Below the pieces are notes generated by a model. That model was not told the DNA's origin. It ran no database searches and worked only from the letters and a program-made list of their open reading frames with translations. Below are positions 1 through 7,886 of a stretch of 38,453 bases of DNA, one piece after another; the first letter of the stretch is position 1; the number at the start of each line of letters is the position of its first letter. The DNA comes from a virus (lineage: Duplodnaviria > Heunggongvirae > Uroviricota > Caudoviricetes), in IMG/VR virus record IMGVR_UViG_2541047932_000016; one strand, given 5' to 3'. The position numbers were made by a program, and so were the translations under genes.

Positions 1-1020
1 CTACTTGCTAACCACGAGCGGCAAATCCAGTGTTGGTGTGATTTTTGTTTTACGATCGTAAATCAACACCTGATTTTCTGTTTTATGCCCGCTGAAAATT
101 TGTTTGTCGCGACTGCTGCCTTCGTAATCTGAGATCCCCTTGGCTTTTATGTCGTGAAAATTACACCCGAACGGAACGCCAACTTTTTGCTCGGCTGCGC
201 GTTTAGCCTGATTCCACCAGTTATTCAGCGTTTTAGCTATGACTTTCCCGCCTTTGGTTGTATTGATCACATATTCGCATGTACAGGAAGATACATTTCG
301 GGCTAACTGGATCGCTGTACGTAATCGCGGTGACCATTCCTTGATTTGTTTGGTGCCGGTTTTGTTTTGCTCAATGTAGATCCCTTTATCCATAATATCC
401 TGCCATTTCAACTCAAGCACATCACCGAGTCTTGCCGCACAGAGATAGGAAATCTCCATTGCAATGCGTAACTGTGGAATTGCTTCCGCATATATCGCCG
501 CATACTGTTCATCGGTGATGTAAACAGTGCGGGCTTTAAGAGAGAATTTTCTGACTCCTTTGCATGGGTTATTCTTCACATACCCACGCTCATATCCCCA
601 CCCGTATACTCGACTCAGGCTTGCCAGTTCATGATTTGCCTGGGTCTTGCTCTCAAGCCCTCGTTTATCCATGAAAATTCTTACCTGCTCAGTTTTGACA
701 TTATCAGCAAGCACTTTTCCGAATACCATCAGCAACGCCTTCTGATGTTGTCGATAATCTTTTTGGGTTCGGGGGGCCAGTTCTGTAAATGCAGGGGAGT
801 CCATAAACATGTGCCACAATTTAGCTACGGTCATTATGTTGTGGAGTTTTGCTTTTTCCAGTTCATAATTTTGCCAGACTTTAGCTACGCTGGTTTTCCG
901 CACTCTTCCTAGCCCTATACTTCTTGTACTTCCTTCGGGTTTCCACACGTAACTGTAACCATTCGATCTAACCCGCGGTGGCAGTACATTATCTTTTTTA
1001 TTTTTTCTTGGTCTTCCCAT
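1..1020 (-). CDS. int: Phage integrase, tyrosine recombinase family
   Basis: 339-aa ORF ending at the window edge; translation MGRPRKNKKDNVLPPRVRSNGYSYVWKPEG... looks like a lambdoid prophage integrase; leftmost position next to an xis-like gene is typical. Confidence 0.88.
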   Translation of the reverse strand: MGRPRKNKKDNVLPPRVRSNGYSYVWKPEGSTRSIGLGRVRKTSVAKVWQNYELEKAKLHNIMTVAKLWHMFMDSPAFTELAPRTQKDYRQHQKALLMVFGKVLADNVKTEQVRIFMDKRGLESKTQANHELASLSRVYGWGYERGYVKNNPCKGVRKFSLKARTVYITDEQYAAIYAEAIPQLRIAMEISYLCAARLGDVLELKWQDIMDKGIYIEQNKTGTKQIKEWSPRLRTAIQLARNVSSCTCEYVINTTKGGKVIAKTLNNWWNQAKRAAEQKVGVPFGCNFHDIKAKGISDYEGSSRDKQIFSGHKTENQVLIYDRKTKITPTLDLPLVVSK

Positions 1021-1240
1021 TGTTCAGCGCCTCAAAATCGGGTTCAGCAGAAACCAGTTCAGATGTTTTTGGCATCGTTGTCAGACCGTGTGGAATATCC
1101 CTGCGGAGAACGATGGGTTCGTTTTTAGGGCCGATTACAAATGGGATGCCGTGCAGTCTTAACTGGTGTTGCTGTTTTGTGTATCGCTCGTATTTCGTGA
1201 TCTCTTTAATCTCTGCTGGAGATAGAGTTAATTCGTACAT
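998..1240 (-). CDS. xis: Excisionase, lambda Xis-like
   Basis: 80-aa ORF from an internal ATG at 1238-1240 (MYELTLSPAEIKEITKYERY...NNGKTKKK); begins like lambda Xis (MYLTLQEW...) and ends in a Lys-rich tail; overlaps the int start by 23 nt as in lambda. Confidence 0.55.
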   Translation of the reverse strand: MYELTLSPAEIKEITKYERYTKQQHQLRLHGIPFVIGPKNEPIVLRRDIPHGLTTMPKTSELVSAEPDFEALNNGKTKKK

Positions 1241-1307
1241 GTGGTCACGTGCCTTTACAGCATGACCGCCGCCACTATAGCTGGTGGGCGGCGATATGGG
1301 TTGAACA

Positions 1308-2267
1308 TCAAAAATCAGCCTGACTCGGGAGCAGTTTTTGCCAGATGGCTGAAACGTATTTCGCCTGGTAACGTGCATCGTTCAGAGCGTTATGGCGTTC
1401 ACCTTCGAATGGAATAGTCGTTCTTGCGTCGAAATCCATCACCAGTCCCAGAGCAACCATCGTTCTTACATCGCGATCATTGGTGTAACGCCACGGGCAG
1501 GGGATCCCCTGCCGTTCATATGAACGGCGTAAAATCACGTTGTCGAAAGTTGCACCGTTACCCCAGACCTGAACAAAAAATTCACCGGAGTTTTCGTCGA
1601 TAAATTCCCGTAATTGCAGCAGTGCATCATCTAACGGGATTTCATCGGTAAGAATGGCGGATTGCGCTTCGCGTGACTGTTTCAGCCACCACTTAATGGT
1701 GTCCCGATCAATGACTCCGCCAGCAGTTTCCAGATCGATAGTTTTGCTGAATTCTGGCCCCATCTCTCCGGTTTGCGGATCGAAAAATATTGCACCTATT
1801 GAGATAATCGGGGCATCAGGATTTTTTCCCATGGTTTCAAGGTCGATCATCAGATGAATCCCCGCTCTGCTGGTGGATGTGAGATTATGATGACCGTTCG
1901 CCTTAATTAAGGGATCTGACGCCTCGCCAGTTTCACTATCGCTGGCATGATGCTGATTGCCGCCAGTGTTCTCCTTGTGCTGATGCGCAGTGCCTTCCAT
2001 TTCCTCCGGATCATTTTCCTGAACTTCAGGCTGATTCTCTTCATCGAATATTTCCTGGTATGTTGCGTCACTTATCACCGCACCACAATCAGGGCAGCTA
2101 CCGCCGCCGGTCTGACCGCAGGCGGTGCAGGCTTTTTCCGGCTCCTGTTTCGTTTCTGGCTCGTTTTGTTGCGCATTTGGGCTGTTTTGTTCCGTTTTCT
2201 GGTCGTTCTGTTCCGATTCTTGCTGGTTCTGGTTCACAGAATCGCAGGTTTCAATCCCTTCACCCAT
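1308..2267 (-). CDS. DEDD-type 3'-5' exonuclease (DnaQ-like, exodeoxyribonuclease VIII-like) with N-terminal Cys-rich zinc finger
   Basis: 319 aa; CTACGQTGGGSCPDCG Cys4 motif, then MIDLETMG...VWGNGATFDNVIL...HNALNDARYQAKY matching Exo I/II/III motifs of DEDDh exonucleases. Confidence 0.65.
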   Translation of the reverse strand: MGEGIETCDSVNQNQQESEQNDQKTEQNSPNAQQNEPETKQEPEKACTACGQTGGGSCPDCGAVISDATYQEIFDEENQPEVQENDPEEMEGTAHQHKENTGGNQHHASDSETGEASDPLIKANGHHNLTSTSRAGIHLMIDLETMGKNPDAPIISIGAIFFDPQTGEMGPEFSKTIDLETAGGVIDRDTIKWWLKQSREAQSAILTDEIPLDDALLQLREFIDENSGEFFVQVWGNGATFDNVILRRSYERQGIPCPWRYTNDRDVRTMVALGLVMDFDARTTIPFEGERHNALNDARYQAKYVSAIWQKLLPSQADF

Positions 2268-3757
2268 TTCGGATCATTCGGATCGCTAATCCCTTCAACA
2301 AATTCACCACGTGATGCAGCAAGCAATTTATCGGCGTCAGGCTGGCTGATATTGGCTGCCTGCATAATTTTGTTTACTTCGTCAGCGGTAACTTTTACCG
2401 GCTCCGGTTGTACGGAATCTTCAGCGGTATCCACATTTTGCGGTAAGTCCGTGTATGTTCCGTTTTTGCGGGCAAGATATTCTTCTTTCGTGATTTCAGT
2501 AGCCCCGGCAGCCAGCGCCTTGTCCAGACCAGAAAGTTTGTTTGCGCGACCGTATTTTTCGCCATCCTTGTCGGTGAAGAGGAAGTAGAACGGCCCCTCA
2601 CGCTCTACAGATGGTTCGACTTCCACTTTGCATTCGGTTTTTTCGTTGTCCGGAATTGCCGTTTCCACTGCATCAGTTTCTGGTACTGGCGACGAGAGAG
2701 TATCAGTTGCGCTCTGATTTCTTCCTTCATCTTCAAACACGCCCTTTGTAGTCAGGTATTCAGTAATGTATTTGTTCAGTGCCACAGGGTCTTTGTGAAT
2801 GTCGATCGGACGTTCACGGACAAGGCCAAAAATAGTCTGGCGGCTGTAGCGAAGCGCATCAGGTTGTTTGCGCATTGATGCGGAGATGCGCTTCCAGTCT
2901 TCGCGATCTCTGGCGATAACTTCATTTTTAGCCCAGCGAAGGATGCTGCCGTCAATGTTTCCGGCATCCGCATCACCAGGCCAGAGATAGTAGGCCAGCT
3001 CCCTGTCCAGGGTTTTCCATGTCTGCTTGTATTCGCGATGAATGGCGGCAGTTACAGGAGGGATTTTTTCTGCTGGGTTTTCAGTGTGCTGTCGGTTGGC
3101 TTTGGCGCGGGCAAGATCAACAACAGACGTGTATTTTCCAGTCTCTTTGCGCTCTGCGTCCTGCCGTTTTTTCCAGTTACGTAATTCAGCCTGAATTTCG
3201 GGCCATTTGGCACCCGGATTACATTTGTGTTTAACCCATCCGATAGCGAACAGTTTGCGTTCCGGATACATAGCGTTAATTTCAGGCGTTTTCATCAGTG
3301 CTTCAACGATATGCCCGTCAAAGGTAGCAACGTCTTCCTGCAGTAATTCCTGCGCGTCAATCGCCATATCAACGGTGATGTTTTCACATGTACCGAACTT
3401 AACCAGGACCGCGTTCTGTACTTCAAGGGACAGCTTGTCAAAATTGACGTTCATCGGATCGGATTCTGGTTCGACCGGAATAAAGGAAGCGGATTCCTCA
3501 TCCCAGCGGTTTTCCTGCATATATTCGGTATCCCAGGAGTCGATAGCAGGGCGGGGCATGCCGGGTTTATCTTCGCAGACAAGAAATTTATAAGCGCAGT
3601 CCTGAGCAGCCGGATAATGTTCCAGGAATTGCCAGTGAAATTTTGCGCGGGCGCGACGTTCATCACCGGCTTCAATGGCAGTGGCTACAGCAACTGCGCC
3701 CTCTTCTTTTATTGCCTGTTCGTCCGGAATGGCGGCGCAAATAAAGACTTTACTCAT
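2234..3757 (-). CDS. Hypothetical phage early protein (507 aa), acidic C-terminal half
   Basis: Long ORF with ATG at 3755-3757 and a GAGG-type RBS; co-oriented with the leftward early operon; no family recognised by eye. Confidence 0.6.
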   Translation of the reverse strand: MSKVFICAAIPDEQAIKEEGAVAVATAIEAGDERRARAKFHWQFLEHYPAAQDCAYKFLVCEDKPGMPRPAIDSWDTEYMQENRWDEESASFIPVEPESDPMNVNFDKLSLEVQNAVLVKFGTCENITVDMAIDAQELLQEDVATFDGHIVEALMKTPEINAMYPERKLFAIGWVKHKCNPGAKWPEIQAELRNWKKRQDAERKETGKYTSVVDLARAKANRQHTENPAEKIPPVTAAIHREYKQTWKTLDRELAYYLWPGDADAGNIDGSILRWAKNEVIARDREDWKRISASMRKQPDALRYSRQTIFGLVRERPIDIHKDPVALNKYITEYLTTKGVFEDEGRNQSATDTLSSPVPETDAVETAIPDNEKTECKVEVEPSVEREGPFYFLFTDKDGEKYGRANKLSGLDKALAAGATEITKEEYLARKNGTYTDLPQNVDTAEDSVQPEPVKVTADEVNKIMQAANISQPDADKLLAASRGEFVEGISDPNDPKWVKGLKPAIL

Positions 3758-3850
3758 TTTGTTTTAACCTCATTACAGATTTAAGGGTGAACAAATCCCT
3801 GCCATTGCTGGCATATAAAAATGAAACCGGATATTAATTACGGTGCTGTT

Positions 3851-4042
3851 TTAAAGTCCTGCCGGTATTTCGTTATTATTAGTGTGAGTAGTTTTATCTA
3901 CCGGATAACAGTTACCGGGAATTTTTTGTTCTGCTGCTGCAGCCATGCATTCTTTCATTGAACCGTATAAGCCAGTCACCAGCTCAAGAGATTCGCCGGA
4001 AACAAGATAAACTGTCAGAACGAGTGCAAATGTTGTATTCAT
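3851..4042 (-). CDS. Small membrane protein, YdfD-like (Qin prophage lysis protein family)
   Basis: 63 aa with N-terminal hydrophobic segment (MNTTFALVLTVYLVSG...); start overlaps dicB stop (ATGA); same size and position as ydfD downstream of dicB in Qin. Confidence 0.45.
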   Translation of the reverse strand: MNTTFALVLTVYLVSGESLELVTGLYGSMKECMAAAAEQKIPGNCYPVDKTTHTNNNEIPAGL

Positions 4043-4227
4043 TGTTTATATCCTTTTTGCAGCAGGTCCAGACGAGCCAGCATTGAAGGAATGCATACTT
4101 CATTTAACAGGTCCTGCTCGAGTTTTCTCTGCTTAATGGCGTCTTCAATAAATGTTTTGTCTCCAGTGATAACGCCAATTTCGAAACGAAGTTCAGACGT
4201 GCTGGCATTACATGATAACTTTTCCAT
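4039..4227 (-). CDS. dicB: Cell division inhibitor DicB
   Basis: 62-aa product MEKLSCNASTSELRFEIGVITGDKTFIEDAIKQRKLEQDLLNEVCIPSMLARLDLLQKGYKQ aligns along its length with E. coli DicB (...EIGV...EDAI.KRK.E..LLN..CI.SMLARL...KG..Q); start taken at the internal ATG 4225-4227, not the longer ORF. Confidence 0.85.
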   Translation of the reverse strand: MEKLSCNASTSELRFEIGVITGDKTFIEDAIKQRKLEQDLLNEVCIPSMLARLDLLQKGYKQ

Positions 4228-4403
4228 TATCGCGTCCTCAACAATGAATTTTGTGATGCGGTGCCTGGTGCCTCCAGGTGACGTTAACCAGTTAACAATT
4301 AACGCCGGATACAGAGAATCCACCCATAACACTGTTTTTGGTTTTAACTGTTCCGCGTGCGCTGAGCCGCATTCACCGCATCACAAAATTCACTTTTAAA
4401 AAA

Positions 4404-4456
4404 GGGCGGCAGAGCAGTCACGGAGTAAAACTGATACCGCCAAATGTCACCAGAAT
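4404..4456 (-). ncRNA. dicF: DicF small regulatory RNA (Hfq-dependent sRNA targeting ftsZ and other mRNAs)
   Basis: Minus-strand sequence ATTCTGGTGACATTTGGCGGTATCAGTTTTACTCCGTGACTGCTCTGCCGCCC is near-identical to the 53-nt E. coli DicF as I recall it, followed by a T-run; lies just upstream of dicB as in Qin. Confidence 0.78.
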
Positions 4457-4794
4457 ATTGATAACAGAGGGCGTTGTAGCGGGGTTGTCACTTAAGCGTA
4501 TGGTCAACCTGACAACCCGGTGTCCTCAACTGGGGAAGGAATAACCCCGCCATACTTACCGCCGCGCCATTTCGCGGATTGCCACAACCGGAAGCGCACG
4601 TTCGAAGAAATCTAACGACAAGCCTTCTAAGGGAAAGAGCTTCGCCGTACGCTTTCGCGTTATGCCCTGACTTTTCAGGGAAATATCCTTTCAGTAAACT
4701 GTCAGTACCGGATTCTTATCCGTGTCCGGCGCACGACCACACGTGACAGCGTGTTGGTCTCCATTTTTAACCCAGAACCTCAATGGAGGATAAA

Positions 4795-5004
4795 ATGCCA
4801 AACAAAAAAAGAAATCCGCTTATTGAAAAACAGATTGAATGCCTGGTAAATCAACTCAGGCAATCAGGGTTATTAAAAACTCATTCAGAGTTGAGGCTCA
4901 CAGAATCAGCATTCGACGATAAATTAAATAATGTCCTTTATAATGGCATTATTGATTTTAATCGTTCTGTTGGTCGCCGCGGCCCTGCTGGTGTTTCCTT
5001 ATAA
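4795..5004 (+). CDS. Hypothetical small protein (69 aa)
   Basis: ATG at 4795 preceded by GGAGG at 5-nt spacing; convergent with the 216-aa gene and abutting it stop-to-stop with zero gap; product MPNKKRNPLIEKQIECLVNQLRQSG... not recognised. Confidence 0.35.
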   Translation: MPNKKRNPLIEKQIECLVNQLRQSGLLKTHSELRLTESAFDDKLNNVLYNGIIDFNRSVGRRGPAGVSL

Positions 5005-5655
5005 TTACCAGTCAATCCAGAGTGGACCGTGTTCAGCGTAAATATAACTGTACACATCCAGATTATATTTGTGGTCTGTTAAGAACAGGCCGCAAATACA
5101 TGCCGAAGCTTCCAGTGCAGCGGCTCTGTTACTGAATAACCATGTAGCAACATTCCAGCGTTTTTCTGCATCCCAGTCTTTCTCAAGGCCTGATACCATG
5201 AAGAAACCGTTAGTGTTGCCATCAAATAATTCTGTTTCCAAATTTTTAAGCAATGCCTGATGGACTCTTGCCAGGTATTCCGCCGGAATTTCGCCACGAA
5301 TTCTAATGAGATTGTCATAAACAAACATGTTCCCCGCATATGGCGATTTTTCTTTCTTGTTTTTTAAACCAGCATCATGAGCAAACTGATCAATTTCTTC
5401 TTCCGTTGGTTTCGTATTGATGTTTTGCGCTGTCGTTTCTGCAATTTTATTTGCCATACTCTCTGAGTCGTGTTTATTTATAGACGCACAGAAATACAAT
5501 CCGGTAAACGCATCGCGCACATTACGAGCCATATTATCAGTGTCTTTTTTCGTTACCGATTCCAATTCAAGTTCGTTCAGACGATGACGAAGTGTGTGTG
5601 CTGCAATCTCCTGGATTGAAGGAGGTAAATCTTTAAATTCCATCGTCAATCTCAT
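5005..5655 (-). CDS. Hypothetical protein (216 aa), first large gene of the leftward early operon
   Basis: ORF with ATG at 5653-5655; no hydrophobic segments, no Arg-rich N-like motif; lies downstream of the putative PL/OL region. Confidence 0.65.
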   Translation of the reverse strand: MRLTMEFKDLPPSIQEIAAHTLRHRLNELELESVTKKDTDNMARNVRDAFTGLYFCASINKHDSESMANKIAETTAQNINTKPTEEEIDQFAHDAGLKNKKEKSPYAGNMFVYDNLIRIRGEIPAEYLARVHQALLKNLETELFDGNTNGFFMVSGLEKDWDAEKRWNVATWLFSNRAAALEASACICGLFLTDHKYNLDVYSYIYAEHGPLWIDW

Positions 5656-5807
5656 CAGTCAGAGTTTCTTGCTAACCAGCGACGCGCGCCAGCTTCCGTT
5701 TTAAACGTTTTGCTTCTGGTATACGTCATCGCGGTGAACGTGCCGTCCAGGTTGGGGAATACTCCGCATACCAGAGATTCGTTGTTGCCAAGATTGAGCA
5801 TATCCAT
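5655..5807 (-). CDS. Small ORF (50 aa), translationally coupled to the 216-aa gene
   Basis: ATG at 5805-5807 with GAGG RBS 5-6 nt upstream; product MDMLNLGNNESLVCGVFPNLDGTFTAMTYTRSKTFKTEAGARRWLARNSD; its TGA overlaps the downstream ATG (TGATG). Absent from the ORF track because it is under 60 aa. Confidence 0.4.
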   Translation of the reverse strand: MDMLNLGNNESLVCGVFPNLDGTFTAMTYTRSKTFKTEAGARRWLARNSD

Positions 5808-5984
5808 GTTGACCTCATTTACCCTTAACGCCGGGTCGCGGAACTAAAAACCTGCTGCGCTGTTATACAAAGTGTTCCCGCCGTCATGTTCATACGCCTC
5901 GGGCTGGCTACTTAACCCCTGGCCACTGCCGGGTAACTCGAGGTATTGCCCTGCATTCTGTGGGGTGGGTGGGTGATGAATAAA

Positions 5985-6036
5985 CAATAGCACTGCTATT
6001 TTATTGTGTAAATAGTAATGCTATTGTTTTTTTGGA
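5985..6036 (-). promoter_or_regulatory. Putative leftward early promoter with operators (PL/OL-like)
   Basis: Two copies of the 13-bp palindrome ATAGC-N3-GCTAT (5987-5999 ATAGCACTGCTAT; 6012-6024 ATAGTAATGCTAT) overlapping a minus-strand TTTACA-N17-TATTGT promoter-like element; the same palindrome recurs between the repressor and cro-like genes. Confidence 0.45.
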
Positions 6037-6039
6037 GGT

Positions 6040-6075
6040 AAGAAAAAAAACCACCCGAAGGTGGTTGTTGGTAGG
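6040..6075 (-). terminator. Rho-independent terminator downstream of the repressor-TA operon
   Basis: Minus strand reads ACCACCTTCGGGTGGT followed by a T-run, immediately after the parE2-like stop. Confidence 0.6.
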
Positions 6076-6080
6076 AATGA

Positions 6081-6371
6081 TTAACAGCTTTTGTTTGGAT
6101 ACTGCCTTCGTGAGTGAACTACATTTACGATCTCGATGTTAGATGCTGTTACTCGGTAAAGTATTATGTAGTTAGGATGGGTCACTATCTCACGAAGGCC
6201 TAGAGCTCTTTCGCTTGGTGGATACAGGTAAGGGTGTTCAGAAAGTGACAAAACTGATGTTTCAATGCGTATTTTTAGTCTACGTGCAGCGGGAGGGTTT
6301 TCCTTGGCAATATAGGCCACGATCTGACGCAAATCATCACGCGCAGAAGGTAGCCATAAAATGGGCAGCAT
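6081..6371 (-). CDS. parE2: ParE/RelE-family toxin (ParE2-like)
   Basis: 96 aa; MLPILWLPSARDDLRQIVAYIAKENPPAARRLKIRIETSV... is typical of ParE toxins; start overlaps the upstream antitoxin stop by 1 nt. Confidence 0.8.
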   Translation of the reverse strand: MLPILWLPSARDDLRQIVAYIAKENPPAARRLKIRIETSVLSLSEHPYLYPPSERALGLREIVTHPNYIILYRVTASNIEIVNVVHSRRQYPNKSC

Positions 6372-6562
6372 TACTCACTCCTGTTCGTCGAAGCTATTTG
6401 CGCAATAAGGTTTTCCATTTCAGCCATTACTTCGTCATGCGGAATTGCAGGACGGGGGTCTGCGAGGCTTGCTGCCACTTTGGTGCGTAACCATTCGTTA
6501 TAGCTGTTTTCTTGTTCGATTGTTTCAAATTCTGAAATTATCGGGGAAAGGACTGTACTCAT
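6371..6562 (-). CDS. paaA2: PaaA2-like antitoxin
   Basis: 63 aa; SEFETIEQENSYNEWLR.KVAASLADPRPAIPHDEV matches my recollection of E. coli O157 PaaA2; GGAGG RBS; directly upstream of the ParE-like toxin. Confidence 0.72.
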   Translation of the reverse strand: MSTVLSPIISEFETIEQENSYNEWLRTKVAASLADPRPAIPHDEVMAEMENLIAQIASTNRSE

Positions 6563-6579
6563 GTTCTAACCTCCTCAGA

Positions 6580-7080
6580 TTAGGCGCGACGACCTTTTTG
6601 CGCCTCTAGCCACCGCGCAACGGTTTCTTCAATTGATTCTTTTTTCTCCTTCATTTCCTTAAGCATTTTCTCTTTGTCTTCTTTTGGGAAAGCCCTGAAC
6701 GTCTGGATCAAATCTCGCTCTATAGGTTCTATATTAAACGGAAGTTCGTTTTCCGATTGCTCCATCTCTGCGGGTAAAGCGACAACATTATCCTGCTGCA
6801 GTTCTTGGGGGTACATCCTTACAATTCGTAACAAGTCTGCCATATCTGGTCTAATTGACTCAGGCGGAACTTGTAGCAACCCAGCGAACTTGATAACAGC
6901 CTCTAGATTTAAAGGTGTCTGACCATTTAGATAATGGCTTACTGCCCCTTGTGTCGAAAAACCCAGAATTTCTGCCGCACGCTCTTGGGTTAACCCAAGT
7001 TGAGTTTTTTTCGTCGTCCAGATTTCTTTCAGTCTCTGGGCGGCTTGCAGGTCGATCTCTGACAGGGGTTTTCTTTTCAT
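6580..7080 (-). CDS. Prophage repressor, HTH XRE family (CI-like, no S24 peptidase domain)
   Basis: 166 aa; HTH segment LGLTQERAAEILGFSTQGAVSHYLNG; divergent from a cro-like gene across an operator-bearing intergenic region; C-terminus is Lys/Glu-rich, not LexA-like. Confidence 0.8.
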   Translation of the reverse strand: MKRKPLSEIDLQAAQRLKEIWTTKKTQLGLTQERAAEILGFSTQGAVSHYLNGQTPLNLEAVIKFAGLLQVPPESIRPDMADLLRIVRMYPQELQQDNVVALPAEMEQSENELPFNIEPIERDLIQTFRAFPKEDKEKMLKEMKEKKESIEETVARWLEAQKGRRA

Positions 7081-7187
7081 ACCTTCAATTCTAATAAGAT
7101 TATTAATCTCTTTGAAATAGCGATGCTATTTACTTTCAAAAATAACAATGCTATTAATGCTCATGGTCACATAACATGAGGTGAACA
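7081..7187. promoter_or_regulatory. Divergent immunity promoter/operator region (OR/PR/PRM-like)
   Basis: 107-bp AT-rich intergenic region between divergent repressor and cro-like genes; contains palindromes AGATTATTAATCT (7097-7109) and ATAGCGATGCTAT (7117-7129). Confidence 0.55.
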
Positions 7188-7451
7188 ATGAATCTTGGAG
7201 AATATTTGCATCATTCCCGTATAACCCAGAAAGATTTTGCTGAAATTGTTGGGGTAACCCAAGGGATGGTAAGCCATGTTATTACTGGACGGGCGAAACT
7301 TACGGGGGGGAAAGTTTTACGCTGGTGTGAAGCAACAGGGTGGGTAGTGACCCCGCACGAGATTGATAGCAGTACTTACCCCAACCCAACCGATGGCATA
7401 CCTGTTGACTATCAGGCTAACACACAACCCGCGCTGGGAGTTGATTCATGA
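7188..7451 (+). CDS. Cro/YdaS-like HTH regulator
   Basis: 87 aa; HTH ITQKDFAEIVGVTQGMVSHVITG; GAGGTG RBS; first rightward gene opposite the repressor. Confidence 0.7.
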   Translation: MNLGEYLHHSRITQKDFAEIVGVTQGMVSHVITGRAKLTGGKVLRWCEATGWVVTPHEIDSSTYPNPTDGIPVDYQANTQPALGVDS

Positions 7452-7873
7452 AAATCAAGCATGAACACATCCGCATGGCGATGAATGCCTGGGCGCGTCC
7501 TGATGGCGAAAAAGTTCCAGCAGCTGGAATAACCCAGGCTTATTTTGAGTTGGGTATGACGTTCCCAGAACTGTATGACGACAGCCATCCGGAAGCCCTG
7601 GCTCGCAATACCCAGAAAATTTTCCGCTGGGTAAAGAAAGATACTCCTGATGCCGTTGAAAAAATGCAGGCTCTGTTACCAGCTATCGAAAAAGCAATGC
7701 CGCCTCTGCTGGTGGCCCGAATGCGCAGCCACAGTTCCGCTTATTTTCGGGAGTTGGTAGAGACGAAGGAACGGCTGGTGAAAGATATTGATGATTTCGT
7801 TGCATCAGCGATCGTTCTGTTCGATCAGATGAATCGTGGTGGCCCGGCAGGAAACACTCTGGCTGTGCATTAA
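7448..7873 (+). CDS. YdaT-like protein (Rac-type early protein)
   Basis: 141 aa; N-terminus MKIKHEHI... as I recall for YdaT-family proteins; overlaps the cro-like stop by 4 nt. Confidence 0.55.
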   Translation: MKIKHEHIRMAMNAWARPDGEKVPAAGITQAYFELGMTFPELYDDSHPEALARNTQKIFRWVKKDTPDAVEKMQALLPAIEKAMPPLLVARMRSHSSAYFRELVETKERLVKDIDDFVASAIVLFDQMNRGGPAGNTLAVH

Positions 7874-7886
7874 TTGGGTAATAAAT

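Noticed and set aside
5005-5807. Considered calling the 216-aa or 50-aa protein lambda N (antiterminator)
   Set aside because: Neither has the Arg-rich N-terminal RNA-binding motif typical of N proteins and I could not identify a nut-like boxA/boxB with confidence; left as unknown rather than forcing the name.
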